This document shows, piece by piece, positions 49,591 through 64,000 of a stretch of 64,000 bases of DNA (position 1 is the first letter of the stretch; each line of letters starts with the position of its first letter). The notes under the pieces are model-generated. The model was not told where the DNA came from, searched no databases, and saw only the letters and a list, made by a program, of their open reading frames with translations. Position numbers and translations under genes: made by a program. The stretch spans positions 26,846,001-26,910,000 of the forward strand of contig OZ024759.1 of NCBI GenBank assembly GCA_964016885.1, in the 5' to 3' direction. Source of the DNA: Eledone cirrhosa. Taxonomy: Eukaryota.

Positions 49591-52500
49591 ATGTGTATAC
49601 CGATATATATACCGAAGAATGTACATAAACACACATGCATACACGCATGTGTATATATATATACATACATGTGTCTCTCTCTCTCCCTATATATATGTAC
49701 ATATGTGTAAATATGTACATACATATTAGTGTATATATATTGCTATCTATATGCATATTTGTATTAATTATACTGTATGGTGAATTGGCAGTATCGGTAG
49801 AGGGTCTGACGCCATGCTTTCCAGCATAGTTACGTCCCTTTACGATCCGAGGTCAACTTTGCCTTTCATCCTTACGGGGTCGATAAAATAAAGTACCAGT
49901 AATGTACTGGTTAATTACTGACCTTGTGCCTAAAATAGAAACAATTATTAGTTCAAAGAGAAACCACCATCATAGAGAAACCACCGTCCTACCTGAAATA
50001 TTATGTTATCATATTAAATATTTCTTATACTGTCATGTTTTTTCTTTAAAACGATTGCATTTCAATAAAGTGAAGAAAACTATTATATACTGTTGTTATA
50101 TCATTATACTTTAGTTTTAACTTATTATTTCTATGTGTATAAATATAATGTATGTAAGTGTGTTTGAAAATATATAATAATAATATGCATGTTTGAAGCA
50201 GGGTTCAACTGAAATATCTACACCGGTAACTTAATTAGTGTTACACCTTAGGCATAAACTATTTGGCATTCTTTGAAGGAGGTACTAGGTTTTTCACTGT
50301 CTTAAATGGAGTATACACGCGCACACAATGCATATATATAAATTGTTTTTCTCTGTACAAAGAGATTGACATCATTTCTTAAATCATTATTTAGGGTTTT
50401 ACAACAAAACATATTGTATGTGTAATTATACAAATTGAATTTAAGTATTTATTTTAAAATTTTACATACACTTTAGTAGTATATATATATATATATATAT
50501 ATTCATTTGTGATGCCATGCATTGTATTGTACACTTCGACATATGAATTACGTTCATGCAACACTTCTCTTATCATAGCCATTTTTTGTGGTGAGCAGTC
50601 ATTATTTGTTGGTACTAGGGCAGTGGATTGGCAGTATCGGTAGAGCGCCAGACACCATGCTTTACAGCATAGGGTTATGGCCATTTACGTTCTGGGTTCA
50701 AATCCCTCCAAGGTTGACTTGGTTTTCATCCTTATGAGGTCGATAGAATAAAGTACCAGTAATTGCTGGCCTTGTGCCAGAAACAATTATTTGGTTGTAC
50801 TTCCAATCTGTGCTACACACCTTCGTTCCCATCAATAATATATAACTGGCCATATTGTGGTGTATTTTCTGCAGGTTACAGAGATGGGGGTGTAGTGATA
50901 TGTTTGACCCTGAATATGAAAGCTATACGGGCCTCTGCCGGGTGGTAACACCAAATGAAGTGAAATAAATGTAGTTTTAATTGCAGATGTTTCTGTGAAA
51001 TCAACTGCTTCCTGGCCTCTTTCAAAGAGATTTCTCAGTCTCTCAGGGTATATTTGCAATGGTGGCAACACAACCTTTCCTTTATTACAACAGTTACAAT
51101 TTTCATTTCTAAATTTCAAAGCTCCACAGTGATCACACGAAACATTCATATCACTAATATGAAATTCTTCTACATTTCCATTAATATTAATTGTTGGCCA
51201 ATTTCTCTTACAACGCTCATTATCCATTCTTCTCTGTCTGAATGTTTTCCATTCTGTTGTTTATTATGTAATTAAATAGCTCTGTACAATACATAGAGCA
51301 TTCTTCTTTTCTTTACCTTTTCTATGGAAATACAAGAACAAACATGTAAATATATATATATATGTATATACATAAACAAGACTGTTATTGCTCCAACCAG
51401 TCTATTTACCTTTGATAACTATCCTAAATATAAATACACCTATACCATACATACATATATCATATATGTTTTTGATGCCGTGGTATAGCAGAGATAAGCA
51501 AGAAGAGAAAAGAAAATGAAAAGGAGAAAAAAAAAGAAGTAAGAAGTCGGGGGAGGGACAGACACTTCACCCCAGTCTAAGTGGTCCCTCAGCCGCAACC
51601 TGTGGAAGAAACTTAAAAGCGTTACCTCGGAGCAAGGCCAGAGACACCTGCTACAATAGTCGCCCCTCCTCATGAGGCTCCTGTCATCTTTCCTCCCGAC
51701 TTTATGGAGGAAATCAGCAGTACAGGGACCAAGTATGGCAGAGGTCTCAATGGAGTGGAAGAGGTGAGTCAGGCCTTGGTACTATCTTACTATCCTCTGC
51801 ATTGCGGGGTGTGGAGCCTAGGTTTGTGGCTGTAGCTATATTTGAACTTTTATATGAAATTTCAGTTTTATATTTTTCACATCATAAAACTTAATCTTAG
51901 TCTTTTGCAGCTCATCTTGTTTCATCTCGCAGCACACGATTTGGGAACCACTGCTCTAGAGATAGAAAAAGTATATTTTATGCAGGGCTTCCCTGAGACA
52001 TAAAAACTATTTCAAGAGATCGACATGGGTAGAAAGGTTGAGAAATGCTGCACAATGTTCTTTGGTTTTTGTTCACCTTTAAATAATCATGTATAAAATA
52101 TCGGGTGTGCAAGATTTCATGAAAAGGTATAACATTTTTTATGCTGGTCTTGCAGGGACTAGCTCCAATTGAGAGTTGTACCAATTCCCACTAAACTCGA
52201 AACTCCTGGACAATATATACATATCTTTATAAGTTCCTGTGTATTGTGTCGCTGTATAATGAAACATAAATATATACCATGCATGTCAGTCAGATTTGAA
52301 CTCACTATATTTGGCGTTTTATAGACATAATTTGTTTGTTAAAACAATTGATTAAATAATAACTAAATAAAATTAATTCTACAATCCTGGATAGGGAATG
52401 AACTTATAACTTCATAATAGAAGCCATCTATTCGAGCAGTATTGCCATCTAAGCCACCAGGTTACTTACAGAACTTCATTCAAATATAAAATATAAAATA

Positions 52501-52840
52501 TATGCCAGACATAGTGAGTTCGAATCTGACTGATTAGTTGGTCATTGTCCCAGCCAACAGTTTAAATCGCCAACCAGTAGGTGACATCGACTAGGTTGGG
52601 AAAACTTGGTTAAGTAGCTCCAGTTATTGCTACGTTAGACATATTCAAGACTTATCGACACCGAATGGAAGAAAGGTAAAGTTGAACTCAGAGTAAAGAA
52701 CAGGAAAAATACTGCAAAGAATTCTATCTGATGTTCTAACAATTCTACCAAATTACCTTATGTATATATATTTATATCTAGAGATAAGAAGAAAACTGAA
52801 AGAAAGAAAAGAAAAAAAATGAGACCTTATATGTAACCCA

Positions 52841-53905
52841 TGTTACAACTCAATATATATATATTTGGGTTGTAACATATTCCCGCCGGTGAAATAAAAA
52901 TTTTAATAGAAAAACGGCGGGAATATATGTTACAACCCAATCTATATATATTTGAGTTGTAACATATATTCCCGCCGTTGAAATAAAAATTTTAATAGAA
53001 AAACGGCGGGAATATATGTTACAATCCAATCTAGATATATTTGGGTTGTAACATATATTCCCGCCGTTGAAATAAAAATTTTAATAGAAAACCGGCGGGA
53101 ATATATGTTACAACCCAATCTATATATATTTGGGATGTAACATATATTCCCGCCGTTGAAATAAAAATTTTAATAGAAAAACGGCGGGAATATATGTTGC
53201 AACCCAATCTACATATATTTGGGTTGTAACATATATTCCCGCCGTTGAAATAAAAATTTTAATAGAAATACGGCGGGAATATATGTTACAACCCAAACTA
53301 TATATGTTTGGGTTGTAACATATATTCCCGCCGTTTTTCTATTAAAATTTTTATTTCAACGGCGGAAATATATGTTACAACCCAAATATATGTAGATTGG
53401 GTTGCAACATATATTCCCGCCGTTTTTCTATTAAAATTTTTATTTCAACGGCGGGAATATATGTTACAATCCAAATATATATAGATTGGGTTGTAACATA
53501 TATTCCCGCCGTTTTTCTATTAAAATTTTTATTTCAACGGCGGGAATATATGTTGCAACCCAAATATTTATAGATAGGGTTGTAACATATATTCCCGCCG
53601 TTTTTCTATTAAAATTTTTATTTCGACGGCGGGAATATGTTACAACCCAAATATATATAGATTGGGTTGTAACATATATTCCCGCCGTTTTTCTATTAAA
53701 ATTTTTATTTCAACGGCGGGAATATATGTTACAACTCAAATATATATAGATTGGGTTGTAACATATATTCCCGCCGTTTTTCTATTAAAATATTTATTTC
53801 AACGGCGGGAATATATGTTACAACCCAAAAATATGTAGATTGGGTTGTAACATATATTCTCGCCGTTTTTCTATTAAAATTTTTATTTCACCGGCGGGAA
53901 TATAT
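52841..53905. repeat. 89-bp double-hairpin satellite in unit 2, ~12 units, inverted internally
   Basis: Same monomer; 5 forward loops then 7 reverse loops, switching at about 53270-53330. Confidence 0.95.
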
Positions 53906-54279
53906 ACCCTGAGAGACTGAGAAATCTCTTTCAAAGAGATTTCTCAGTCTCTCAGGGTATATTTGCAATGGTGGCAACACAACCTTTCCTTTTTTACAAC
54001 AGTTACAATTTTCATTTCTAAATTTCAAAGCTCCACAGTGATCACACGAAACATTCATATCACTAATATGAAATTCTTCTACATTTCCATTAATATTAAT
54101 TGTTGGCCAATTTCTCTTACGACGCTCATTATCGATTCTTCTCTGTCTGAATGTTTTCCATTCTAAGTCTATTTGCATGGAATAATTATATTCTGTTGTT
54201 TATTATGTAATTAAATAGCTCTGTACAATACATAGAGCATTCTTCTTTTCTTTACCTTTTCTATGGAAATACAAGAACA

Positions 54280-54344
<65 letters not shown>

Positions 54345-57300
54345 ATATACATAAACAAGACTGTTATTGCTCCAACCAGTCTATTTATCTTTGATAACTA
54401 TCCTAGATATAAATACACCTATACCATACATACATATATCATATATGTTTTTGATGCCGTGGTATAGCAGAGATAAGCAAGAAGAGAAAAGAAAATGAAA
54501 AGGAGAAAAAAAAAGAAGTAAGAAGTCGGGGGAGGGACAGACACTTCACCCCAGTCTAAGTGGTCCCTCAGCCGCAACCTGTGGAAGAAACGTAAAAGCG
54601 TTACCTCAGAGCAAGGCCAGAGACACCTGCAACAATAGTCGCCCCTCCTCATGAGGCTCCTGTCGTCTTTCCTCCCGACTTTATGAAGGAAATCAGCAGT
54701 ACAGGGACCAAGTATGGCAGAGGTCTCAATGGAGTGGAAGAGGTGAGTCAGGCCTTGGTACTATCTTACTATCCTCTGCATTGCGGGGTGTGGAGCCTAG
54801 GTTTGTGGCTGTAGCTATATTTGAACTTTTATATGAAATTTCAGTTTTATTTTTTTCACATCATAAAACTTAATCTTAGTCTTTTGCAGCTCATCTTGTT
54901 TCATCTCGCAGCACACGATTTGGGAACCACTGCTCTAGAGATAGAAAAAGTATATTTTATGCAGGACTTCCCTGAGACATAAAAACTATTTCCAGAGATC
55001 GACATGGGTAGAAAGGTTGAGAAATGCTGCACAATGTTCTTTGGTTTTTGTTCACCTTTAAATAATCATGTATAAAATATCGGGTGTGCAAGATTTCATG
55101 AAAAGGTATAACATTATTTATGCTGATCTTGCAGGGACTAGCTCCAATTGAGAGTTGTACCAATTCCCACTAAACTCGAAACTCCTGGACAATATATACA
55201 TATCTTTATAAGTTCCTGTGTATTGTGTCGTTGTATAATGAAACATAAATACATACCATGCATGTCAGTCAGATTTGAACTCACTATATTTGGCGTTTTA
55301 TAGATATAATTTGTTTGTTAAAACAATTGATTAAATAATAACTAAATAAAATTAATTCTACAATCCTGGATAGGGAATGAACTTATAACTTCATAATAGA
55401 AGCCATCTATTCGAGCAGTATTGCCATCTAAGCCACCAGGTTACTTACAGAACTTCATTCAAATATAAAATATAAAATATATGCCAGACATAGTGAGTTC
55501 GAATCTGACTGATTAATTGGTCATTGTCCCAGCCAACAGTTTAAATCGCCAACCAGTAGGTGACATCGACTAGGTTGGGAAAACTTGGTTAAGCAGCTCC
55601 AGTTATTGCTACGTTAGACATATTCAAGACTTATCGACACCGAATGGAAGAAAGGTAAAGTTGAACTCAGAGTAAAGAACTGGAAAAATACTGCAAAGAA
55701 TTCTATCTGATGTTCTAACAATTCTACCAAATTACCTTATGTATATATATTTATATCTAGAGATAAGAAGAAAACTGAAAGAAAGAAAAATGAGACCTTA
55801 TATGTAACCCATGACCAGGATTGAAACCGAAACCATGACTACCACCATCTCTGGTATCACCCACCAGACCACCATGAAAGATACAAACATCTGCTTTTTT
55901 AATATTTATAAGCCTACTTTCAATATTAAAGTAATTAACATGTGGTGTTGTTCATGCCTTTCTCTATGTTATTGGTAAAAAATAAAGTATTTAAACCTCA
56001 AATTTTGTTATTCAAATATGCTTGCTTATGTAATTATAAATGTCGCAGAATACACACACATATATAGATGTGAAAATATTCAGGACCCCAACGGCTGTGC
56101 TACTGCCGTTTCGACATCTATATATATATCTTTTAGTCCTAGGCTCTTTCAGCGCAGAAAGAATTCTCCAATGATCACAACCAGCTAATGGTGCCCAGTG
56201 GAAGCACTTTAGTCTAATTATAACCCCAACGATCACGATTAGCGGCGGCTTTTTCGAGTCTGAGGTTGACTGCCAGATATATATATATATCTATATATAT
56301 ATATATATATTTTTTTATACTTTGCTAGAATCCCGGAGAACAACAGAAAGATGCTGAGTTCAGAGTTTAAAAAACATGTCCCCCTTTAATATAAAAACAA
56401 TCCGAGTCTTGTAAAAGTGTTATTACTGTAATATAAAGTAGAAACCCTTTATTTAAACAAAGCTGAGATGCAGCGATCATCAAAGCAAACCCCAAAATGT
56501 AAACAAACTTCTCGCAGGTGCTGGCAGATACACGATAACATGTGTATACGAAGTGTAACAGGGAGTTGGGTCGTATTATATGACTTTCAAATTGACCCCT
56601 ATTATATTCAAATTATCCCCTGTGGGGCGTGCACCCCACGTTGAGAATCCCTCATAAATAAATATATGTGAGTGTGTTGCTATGACTGCTATTTCTAGCA
56701 GGTTTACTGCAGTCCTGTAGACGCACAACAAAAACCGGAAGTGGCAGCCATTAAAAAACTTTGGCTTAAAATCAGGCAAAAGTTTTTTAACAATTTGCCA
56801 AGAAAGATAACTCTTGTCTTACTTAATCGCAAAAATCGAGGCAAAAAATTTTGCGGGTGTGCAGTTTGTTTGGTGTATTTGACTGCTATTTCTAGCATAT
56901 ATGGACACTTTAGAAATAGCAGCGAAACACGGGAAACATAAGAAAGAAGGACACACACGTATATATATATACATATATATATGCACAGATATATACATTT
57001 AAATATATATATTTATATATACATACACGCGCGCACACACACCTATACGTAGATATGGGTGTGTGTATAGCTGGTATATATATATATATGTATGGGTGAG
57101 TGTATAGCTGGTATATATATATATATATATATAGGTGTGTGTCCTTCTTTCTGCTGTTTTCCGTTTTTCGCTGCTATTTCTAAAGTGTCCATACATGCTA
57201 GAAATAGCAGTCATAGCAACACACTCACATATATTTATTTATGAGGGATTCTCAACGTGGGGTGCACGCCCCACAGGGGATAATTTGAATATCCCCCTCT

Positions 57301-59727
57301 TTATATCAATTAGCACTAACTCTCTCCCTCTCTATATCTACTACACGGCACTCTCTTCCAATACCCCTCTCTATATGAAGTAACACCAAACTCTCCCCCT
57401 CTCTATATATTAAGCACTAAGTCAGGAATTTTTTTCTTCTTTCGTGCAGAGAGAGTAAAGTTGATTAAATCTACTGCAGTGAATTACTGGTATTTTATTT
57501 AATAAAAATTAAAATTTACTATTTGTCTTCGTTTAATTTTCGTTTTTCTTTACATAGTTTCGTTTCGTTAAATGTCTCCAGAATTTGTTTTTACTTTTAC
57601 CGGATATTGAAGGTGTAAACTTGGTGTTGTCTAGAAACGTGTTAGAAATATTTTTCTTTTAATTGTGAAGAATTTAACCGCAAAGTAAGTTTTTTTTACT
57701 GTTTATTTGTGGCTGGGACAACGTATGGTATGTGTTAATGTAAATGGTGAAGGTTTAAAGATTCTTTTTACAACTGAAAATCAGTTTGTTGTTGCTGCTA
57801 ATTACTTAACGCATGGAATAGATTAAAAAAATACAGGATTGTTTCTCGGAAGAGAGAAAGAAGAAACAACAAATCACAGAAGCGGGTAGCACACACATTT
57901 GGGACCACATACAACACAAAAACAGGTAATCCACACATCTGGGACCACATACAACACACCAGCAGGTAATACATACATCTAGGACCACATAAGCAGGTAA
58001 TACACACATCTAGGACCACATACAACACACAAGCAGGTAATACACACATCTAGGACGACATACAACCAAAGGCAGGCGAAAGGGGTGGACAAACGAGCTG
58101 CTACTAGATCAAAAGATAACAGTATCGCGAGGAGCACTGGGAAACCTCTCTAATGATTTTTTTAGGCAAGCCAGCACGTCTGCAGCGTTACCTCGGGCGA
58201 TGGCGAGGCTGAGGAGCTGGAACAACCAAGTGCCCTCACGAGCTTCACCAGTCACCTTCGTCAGGCTAGCCGCCAGTGAAGATAGGAATCTCGCAGTCAG
58301 TATCCCGACTCCCCCAAACGCCACAGGCTGGAAAATGTAGTTGGCCGACAGATCACAGTATTACTTAACAGTGATAGATATTCTGTCTAAAGGAGGGGCG
58401 TACAACAGGCGGCCCGCGGGCCACAGTCGAGCCCACCTGACCAGTCAGAGTGGCCCGCAATGACTCTTGTAGGCTTATTTAGAATTTTTTCCATACCCGT
58501 AATACTTCTGTTAGTTGACCTATACTAAAGGACTTCACTGATAGGGTTATATGTGTTATAATTTCCCAGTTGACCTATACTAAAGGACTTCACTGATAGG
58601 GTTATATGTGTTATAGTTTCCCAGTTGACCTATACTAAAGGACTTCACTGATAGGGTTATATGTGTTATAGTTTCCCAGTTGACCTATACTAAAGGACTT
58701 CACTGATAGGGTTATATGTGTTATAATTTCCCAGTTGACCTATACTAAAGGACTTCACTGATAGGGTTATATGTGTTATAGTTTCCCAGTTGACCTATAC
58801 TAAAGGGCTTCACTGATAGAGTTATATGTGTTATAGTTTCCCAGAGGGCTTCACTGATAGGGTTATATGTGTTATAGTTTCCCAGTTGACCTATACTAAA
58901 GGACTTCACTGATAGGGTTATATGTGTTATAGTTTCCCAGTTGACCTATACTAAAGGACTTCACTGATAGGGTTATATGTGTTATAGTTTCCCAGTTGAC
59001 CTATACTAAAGGACTTCACTGATAGGGTTATATGTGTTATAGTTTCCCAGTTGACCTATACTAAAGGACTTCACTGATAGGGTTATATGTGTTATAGTTT
59101 CCCAGTTGACCTATACTAAAGGGCTTCACTGATAGAGTTATATGTGTTATAGTTTGAAACAAACTACCCGCATCAGTTATTATACTTTTATAACACCGCT
59201 ATATTACCTACATGAAAGAGGTAAATATTTATTTCTCTTGTCTTCTTAAATGTATAGAACATTTTTCTTATATATATTCTTAACATAGCTAGGACCGTTT
59301 ATTATTTACTAGTCTCTACTCCTAGGACTTTGCTGGTCTCATGTCCCCTCCATCAACACACACTCGGTAGAAAGCTGGTCGTCGGAGGTAAAGTGGCCCT
59401 GATTACAGGTCTAGTATTGAAGCCTTTCGGCTTGAGCCTTGCTGATGCCGACAGAGTTCCTGTGGTAGTTTTGGTAGCACAGGTGACATTTTATTGTGTT
59501 TAGGTACCGGCTAGTGCGGACACAGAGAGCACAACCAGGTGGTGAGCTGGCAACGACCAAGTGTAGAGGGCCAGCTTTGAAATTCGAGCGACGGAGTGAA
59601 CTAGTAAAAGAGGCAGGGTAAGCAGCATTGGTTCTAACGGTGGGACTAGAACGGAGGTTGGGTGGTGCTGGGGGTGGGCTAACAGCTAACAGTTGTAGGA
59701 GTGGTGGGGGTTTGCTAGGATTAATTT

Positions 59728-62079
59728 TTACATCTGTATGTGAACTCTTGAAAAAGCAACATACAATTGTCCAGGGTTAAATACTTGCTCAGGGAGGAAC
59801 AGACCCACTTTATCATGTATTTGACCATGGTTCTTGTTGATTGTCATGGCATATGACAGTCTTAATGGAAACTGGGGTCTTTCCAAAGTAAAAAGGATGT
59901 TGGCACCACTGGGGGCTAACTTCAGTCTTGGGATCAAAACACACCTGCCCATCAAAGGACCATAGATATGAGAAGCTTTGATAAAATGTTTATGCAGTTC
60001 TACTACTTCTAATCTTGTGCCATTACATAATCTGTTCTGGATTGAAATATTCCATAGAAGCATTAGTATTGATCCTGCTTTTAATTGGAGTTTGTGAGGC
60101 GGCATCCCAGAAGGTGTAAGCAAGTTCATTTAGCTTGAACCAGGCAGCAAGGGTCCCTGCATTTCTACCACAACCTGAGCATTGCCTCTTTGAAAGTAAA
60201 CTCTGTTTGTTCTCCAGGTGTGTGGCTAGGCTGTATAATGTATGTGATGTACCATGAAGCTTAAATTCGGAGAGACACGACACTGCTTCTGGCTGAGACA
60301 CATACCTGCAACAAAGATAGGTTCTTATTTCATCATGGTTGTGTTGGTTCTGAGCCTCATTAGGTAATGCATTATTCGTTACTTCTATAGATGTACAATC
60401 ATGCCCCATGTAACATATTTAAAGAGGTACTTGACACTTTTTACAGAAGCGCAAACTTCAACATTAATATGTGCACAATATTTCTTAAGCAAAAAGGCAT
60501 TAAATGGCACAACATTCCTGTTATCTACTGAATGTCATCCAATTTACACTGCAGTTCCTGTCTTGCACCTCCTGTACTCTGGGTATCCATTTAGGTTCAA
60601 TAATGTTTCCCTTCTGTAGGTTTTTGGATAGTTCTTTTGGAAAAATCCATTTTGTATAAATGGGGGAAAAGGGTTTCCAGAACCACATGGCCCGTGGATC
60701 ATAAACTTTTAAACCTGCTCATATAGTACTTGATCATCTTCCAATGCAGGTATTTCTGCTGACACGATTCTGTCAATGTCTTCTCTGTTTCTTATCTTGT
60801 CTTCATTTCTTAAGGCTCAGTGTTATCATCTGTTTAGATAATTCATTAAACCATTATACTCATCCACTCACAATTGGGCTTGATTGTTCCTCAAATATTG
60901 AAGCCTGCATCCCTCTACTTTCATATAGGCTTCCACTAAATACTGCTAAAATAATTTACCTGCCCTATATATCGCACTAAATCCTCCTCTATATGCTATA
61001 CTGTATATGTAATACTCCTGCATTGTCAGTCTATTGCAAACACAGGTCCTGCATTCCTCTCCATGTCACTATGCCACCAAAATTCACCATTATGGGTCGG
61101 TCATGAGGTCCAAGTGGCATGAATTATGTGATATTTTCTGAGGAGGATGGTCTTTAGGAAAGATGATAATATCTCTTTGTACAGGTGGTCTGCCCTCAAT
61201 CCCCCACAAAACAACAGCTATCATTACTAGTTGGTAAATTATAGCAGCTCATATCTGATCCTCTTCTAAATCTTAATTCACAGTTCTGTACACGACAATG
61301 TTCTCTTCTTGCACTTTGCTGTTTGATGCCATGCATTGTATTGTACAATTCACATATGGATTACATTCATGCAACACCTCTCTTATCATAGCCATTTTTT
61401 GTGGTGAGCACTCATTATTTGTTGGTACTAGGGCGGTGGATTGGCAGTATCGGTAGAGCGTCAGACACCATGCTTTGCAGCATAGGGTTATGGCCCTTTA
61501 CGTTCTGGGTTCAAATCCCTCCAAGGTTGACTTTGTTTTCATCCTTATGAGGTCGATAGAATAAAGTACCAGTAATTGCTGGCCTTGTGCCAGAAACAAT
61601 TATTTGGTCGTACTTCCAATCTGTGCTACACACCTTCGTTCCCATCAATAATATATAACTGGCCATATTGTGGTGTATTTTCTGCAGGTTACAGAGGTGA
61701 GGGTGTAGTGATATGTTTGACCGTGAATATGAAAGCTATACGGGCCTCTGCCGGGTGGTAACACCAAATGAAGTGAAATAAATGTAGTTTTAATTGCAGA
61801 CGTTTCTGTGAAATCAACTGCTTCCTGGCCTCTTTCAAAGAGATTTCTCAGTCTCTCGGGGTATATTTGCAATGGTGGCAACACAGCCTTTACTTTATTA
61901 CAACAGTTATTTTCATTTCTAAATTTCAAAGCTTCACAGTGATCACACGAAACATTCATATCACTAATATGAAATTCTTCTAGATTTCCATTAATATTAA
62001 TTGTTGGCCAATTTCTCTTATGACGCTCATTATCCATTCTTCTCTGTCTGAATGTTTTCCATTCTAAGTCTATTTGCAT
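59728..62079 (-). pseudogene. Degenerate Helitron Rep/Pif1-helicase gene, unit 2 copy
   Basis: Near-identical to 26376-28727 (offset 33352) with the same lesions. Confidence 0.95.
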
Positions 62080-62180
62080 GGAATAATTATATTCTGTTGT
62101 TTATTATGTAATTAAATAGCTCTGTACGATACATAGAGCATTCTTCTTTTCTTTACCTTTTCTATAGAAATACAAGAACA

Positions 62181-62222
<42 letters not shown>

Positions 62223-62270
62223 TGTATATATGTGTGTATATACATAAACAAGACTGTTATTACTCCAACC

Positions 62271-64000
62271 AGATGAAACTCTGTCATGTAATGTTATCGA
62301 CATATCTGCCCTTGGGGCTAATAATTGTCATGTAATGTTATGGACATCTCTGCCCCTGTGGCTAATAATTCTGTCATGTAATGTTATGGACATCTCTGCC
62401 CCTGTGGCTAATAATTCTGTCATGTAATGTTATGGACATCTCTGCCCCTGTGGTTAATAATTCTGAGAGAGATAAAACAAGTGAGGGATTAGAGTGTTGA
62501 AACAAGAGAGAGAGAGGAAGAGAGAGAGAGAGCGAGATGAAATGAGACAGGGAGAGCGAGATGAAACGCGAGAGTGAGAGAAGCGATATGAAACGAGAGA
62601 GTGAGAGCGAGATGAAACGAGAGAGAGAGAGAGCGAGATGAAACAAGACAGAGAGAGCGAGATGTAATGAGAGAGAGAGAGAGAGCGGGATGGAACGAGA
62701 CAGAGAGGAAACGAGAGAGAGAGGAAACGAGAGTAGAGAGCGAGATGAAACAGGAGAGAGAGAGCGAGATGAAACGAGAGGGAGAGAGAGATGAAACGAG
62801 GGAGATAGAGATGAAACGAGAGAGAGGAAGAGAGAGATGGAACGAGAGAGAGGAAGACAGAGATGAAACGAGAGAGAGAGAGAGATGAAACGAGAGAGAG
62901 AGAGCGCGAGATGAAACGAGAGAGAGAGAGAGCGCGAGATGAAACGACAGAGAGAGAGAGAGATGAAAGGAGGGAGATAGAGATGAAACGAGAGAGAGGA
63001 AGAGAGAGATGGAACGAGCGAGAGGAAGAGAGAGATGGAACGAGAGAGAGGAAGACAGAGATGAAACGAGAGAGAGCGAGATGAAACGAGAGAGAGAGAG
63101 AGCGAGATGAAACGAGAGAGAGGAAGAGAGAGAGCGCCAGATGAAACTCTGTCATGTAATGTTATGGACATATCTGCCCTTGGGGCTAATAATTGTCATG
63201 TAATGTTATGGACATCTCTGCCCCTGTGGCTAATAATTCTGTCATGTAATGTTATGGACATCTCGGCCCCTGTGGGTAATAATTCTGACATGTAATGTTA
63301 TGGACATCTCTGCCCCTGTGGCTAATAATTCTGACATGTAATGTTATGGACATCTCTGCCCCTGTGGCTAATAATTCTGTCATGTAATGTTATGGACATC
63401 TCTGCCCCTGTGGCTAATAATTCTGCCATGTAATGTTATGGACATCTCTGCCCCTGTGGCTAATAATTCTGCCATGTAATGTTATGGACATCTCTGCCTC
63501 TGTGGCTAATAATTCTGTCATGTAATGTTATGGACATCTCTGCCCCTGTGGCTAATAATTTTGTCATGTAATGTTATGGACATCTCTGCCCCTGTGGCTA
63601 ATAATTTTGTCATGTAATGTTATGGACATCTCTGCCCCTGTGGCTAATAATTTTGTCATGTAATGTTATGGACATCTCTGCCCCTGTGGCTAATAATTCT
63701 GACATGTAATGTTATGGACATCTCTGCCCTGTGGCTAATAATTCTGACATGTAATGTTATGGACATCTCTGCCCCTGTGGCTAATAATTCTAAGAGAGAT
63801 GAAACAAGTGAGGGATTAGAGAGAGATAAAAAAGTGAGGGATTAGAGTGTTGAAACAAGAGAGAGAGAGGAAGAGAGAGAGAGAGAGCGAGATGAAATGA
63901 GACAGGGAGAGCGAGATGAAACGAGACAGAGAGGAAACGAGAGAGAGGAGACGAGAGTAGAGAGCGAGATGAAACAGAAGAGAGAGAGCGAGATGAAACG
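62271..64000. repeat. Start of macro-repeat unit 3 (left satellite arm)
   Basis: Same junction ccaaccag|at(g/a)aaactctgtc as at 28936, followed by the first GA block and 46-mer clusters. Confidence 0.95.

Larger units (their letters stand above)
28937..62270. repeat. Macro-repeat unit 2 (~33.3 kb)
   Basis: Collinear copy of unit 1 with a longer right satellite arm, a doubled 89-bp array and a 1684-bp deletion. Confidence 0.97.

Noticed and set aside
28937-62270. Unit 2 as a pure assembly duplication of unit 1
   Set aside because: Each unit carries private, mechanistically coherent indels and substitutions (108-bp, 1684-bp and array-length differences). Read-level confirmation is still advisable.

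Overview
Eukaryotic repetitive DNA with no intact gene; the tRNA-derived SINEs resemble octopus/cephalopod SINEs (inference from motif recall, not a search). The window holds about 2.05 head-to-tail copies of one giant composite unit: unit 1 is 1-28936 (period 28,951 bp), unit 2 is 28937-62270 (period 33,336 bp), and unit 3 starts at about 62271. The first part of each unit is a 15-20 kb higher-order satellite in which clusters of a 46-bp monomer alternate with GATGAAAC-punctuated (GA)n blocks. This satellite flips strand at a near-perfect palindromic point (7804 and 36917). The second part is a 12.7-13.7 kb TE graveyard. It contains an internally deleted Helitron Rep/Pif1 pseudogene and two extra copies of its 5' part, SINEs, CRE-type retrotransposon 3' fragments, MITEs, a 55-bp minisatellite and an 89-bp double-hairpin satellite that also inverts centrally. 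The most unusual signal is inverted symmetry at several scales (61 bp, 0.5-1 kb, 1.7 kb, 15-20 kb) inside a Helitron-containing macrosatellite, including a clean fold-back junction. The units differ by private, reconstructable recombination events. All long Ser/Leu-rich and Arg/Glu-rich ORFs are artefacts of the satellite.
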